A stretch of 64,000 nucleotides of DNA from a virus: IMG/VR virus record IMGVR_UViG_3300021077_000115, positions 302,064 through 366,063 of that record. The stretch is one strand, 5' to 3'. Shown in pieces: positions 62,761 through 64,000 of the stretch. A model generated the notes under the pieces. That model saw nothing but the letters and a program-made list of their open reading frames with translations, ran no database searches and was not told the DNA's origin. Position 1 is the first letter of the stretch, and each line of letters begins with the position of its first letter. Position numbers and translations under genes: made by a program.

Positions 62761-63980
62761 TATTTGACTTCCTTTCCATCGACCATAACTTTTGGAGTGC
62801 CAACGTACCGGAGGTACTGTTCTGGATTTTTGTATCCACGATTAAATGCTTCAGCAACTCTCTCTTTTGAAAAGCGAGGAAGATCTTGTACTACATCATA
62901 AATACAAACATCTATGGCTTGCCCTCTAATACGGTCCAAATCAACAGCTGTTTTCAGCAAACTAATGCTGCGCTGCTCATCACCAAGCTGATCACAGAGC
63001 TCAGATGCTTGGGCCAATAGAGCAGTGCCAATACCAACATGACCATTCAATATCGCTGTCCTGGCATTAGCGATCATATCATTTACATCCTTGGCTGCTT
63101 TCTGACTTGGAGGATTACCAGAAAGGATTGGTCCCGCTGATGGCACTGGTGGCGGTGTAGGTGGCACCGGTGAAGTTGGAGCAGCTGCTGGCGGGGTTAT
63201 TTGAGGCTGAGATACTTCGGCAGGTTTAGCAGGCTCAGCTGGAAAGTTGGCTATATACATACGCTTCAGATGCTCTTTTTCATTACCTAGCTTCTTTTGA
63301 TATTCTCTAGCAAGTCGCACATACTCCATGATATTTCTACGATTGTCATCCAATACAGCAAATGCCTGATCGATTAGAGCGTATGTGCTTTCAGCAATGG
63401 CCATTGCTTCTCGCGCCGCATTTTGTTGCTTGCCTTGTATATTTTTGAAAATCTTATCGAAAAGAACTCCCTCTAATTCTTTTTTGGTAGGTATTTTTTC
63501 CTGAAGCCATTGGGTAACGCCAGCTTCAATAATCAATTCTGGGTCTGGTGAAGCTGCTACTCGTGGAACTTTTCGAACACCAAGCTGTTCTTCAAGCTGT
63601 TGTCTCTCAAAATCATCCATCGTATTTTGAGAAAACTCAGAATATATTTCACTACCGATAGTATCCAACTCATCTATCTGATCAATGAAAACGCCATTAA
63701 CAGAATCTAAAATAGAATTGGCATATTGGAAAACTCTTAAGAAATCACGATTCTTCATTGCCATTCGAGCTTGATGTAACTGATCGCGCAAGCTAGGCTT
63801 CAATCTCGTAATATTATCACGCATCGCCTTATCAACGGCATCTACAGCTGCAATTAACCTGCGATATTTGCTGGAGGACATCTGCCGAATCCATTCCATT
63901 GGATTTAGGGATCTCCCAAGCATCTTAGTTACAGATCTCTTTTGAGCTTCTTTTTCAAAGTTATTCATGTAGCGCTCCAA
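62760..63980 (-). CDS. Hypothetical protein (406 aa) with a Pro-rich linker. The listed start is TTG, and an ATG lies at 63968.
   Basis: ORF containing PAEPAKPAEVSQPQITPPAAAPTSPVPPTPPPVPSAGP. Confidence 0.45.
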   Translation of the reverse strand: MERYMNNFEKEAQKRSVTKMLGRSLNPMEWIRQMSSSKYRRLIAAVDAVDKAMRDNITRLKPSLRDQLHQARMAMKNRDFLRVFQYANSILDSVNGVFIDQIDELDTIGSEIYSEFSQNTMDDFERQQLEEQLGVRKVPRVAASPDPELIIEAGVTQWLQEKIPTKKELEGVLFDKIFKNIQGKQQNAAREAMAIAESTYALIDQAFAVLDDNRRNIMEYVRLAREYQKKLGNEKEHLKRMYIANFPAEPAKPAEVSQPQITPPAAAPTSPVPPTPPPVPSAGPILSGNPPSQKAAKDVNDMIANARTAILNGHVGIGTALLAQASELCDQLGDEQRSISLLKTAVDLDRIRGQAIDVCIYDVVQDLPRFSKERVAEAFNRGYKNPEQYLRYVGTPKVMVDGKEVK

Positions 63981-64000
63981 CTATAAGAAGCCAAAATATG

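Overview
The window reads as a virion-morphogenesis (late) module of a large tailed dsDNA bacteriophage. GC is about 40%, and the genes have AAGGAG/GAGG Shine-Dalgarno sequences and TAATG/ATGA stop-start couplings. Essentially every credible gene is on the minus strand, so the late operon is read from high to low coordinates. In that direction the order is: a PTP-like phosphatase and unknown proteins (64.0-58.9 kb); a roughly 1150-aa protein with a prohead-protease-like N-terminus and a tandemly repeated acidic scaffold-like C-terminus, followed by a K/E/A-rich protein; a block of small and membrane proteins, with an HNH endonuclease inserted between two paralogous genes; a putative decoration protein and major capsid protein bounded by GC-rich hairpins; about 17 kb of tail-fibre or tailspike genes; and a contractile-tail block (sheath, tube, chaperone pair with overlapping frames, tape measure, then large baseplate or tail-tip proteins). 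The tail-fibre genes include a collagen-like Gly-X-Y fibre, His/Cys-rich HxH fibres, and a tailspike broken by a 35-bp tandem duplication plus an in-frame TGA. Embedded in the fibre block is an accessory island with a cysteine desulfurase, a CspA-type cold-shock protein and an HNH endonuclease. The left edge carries a truncated gene (1..926) running off the window. Other recurrent signals are four or five free-standing homing endonucleases (three HNH with two paralogous, one compact HNH, one LAGLIDADG), a roughly 25-fold over-represented D-G-Y tripeptide across at least twelve structural proteins, three perfect short tandem duplications (24, 30 and 35 bp), conserved GCCTCGG...CCGGGGC intrinsic terminators, and paralogous modules shared between fibre genes. 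No rRNA, tRNA, CRISPR array, integrase or reverse transcriptase was recognised. Coordinates follow the supplied ORF track, which uses alternative TTG/GTG starts; several true starts are probably internal ATGs, as noted per feature.
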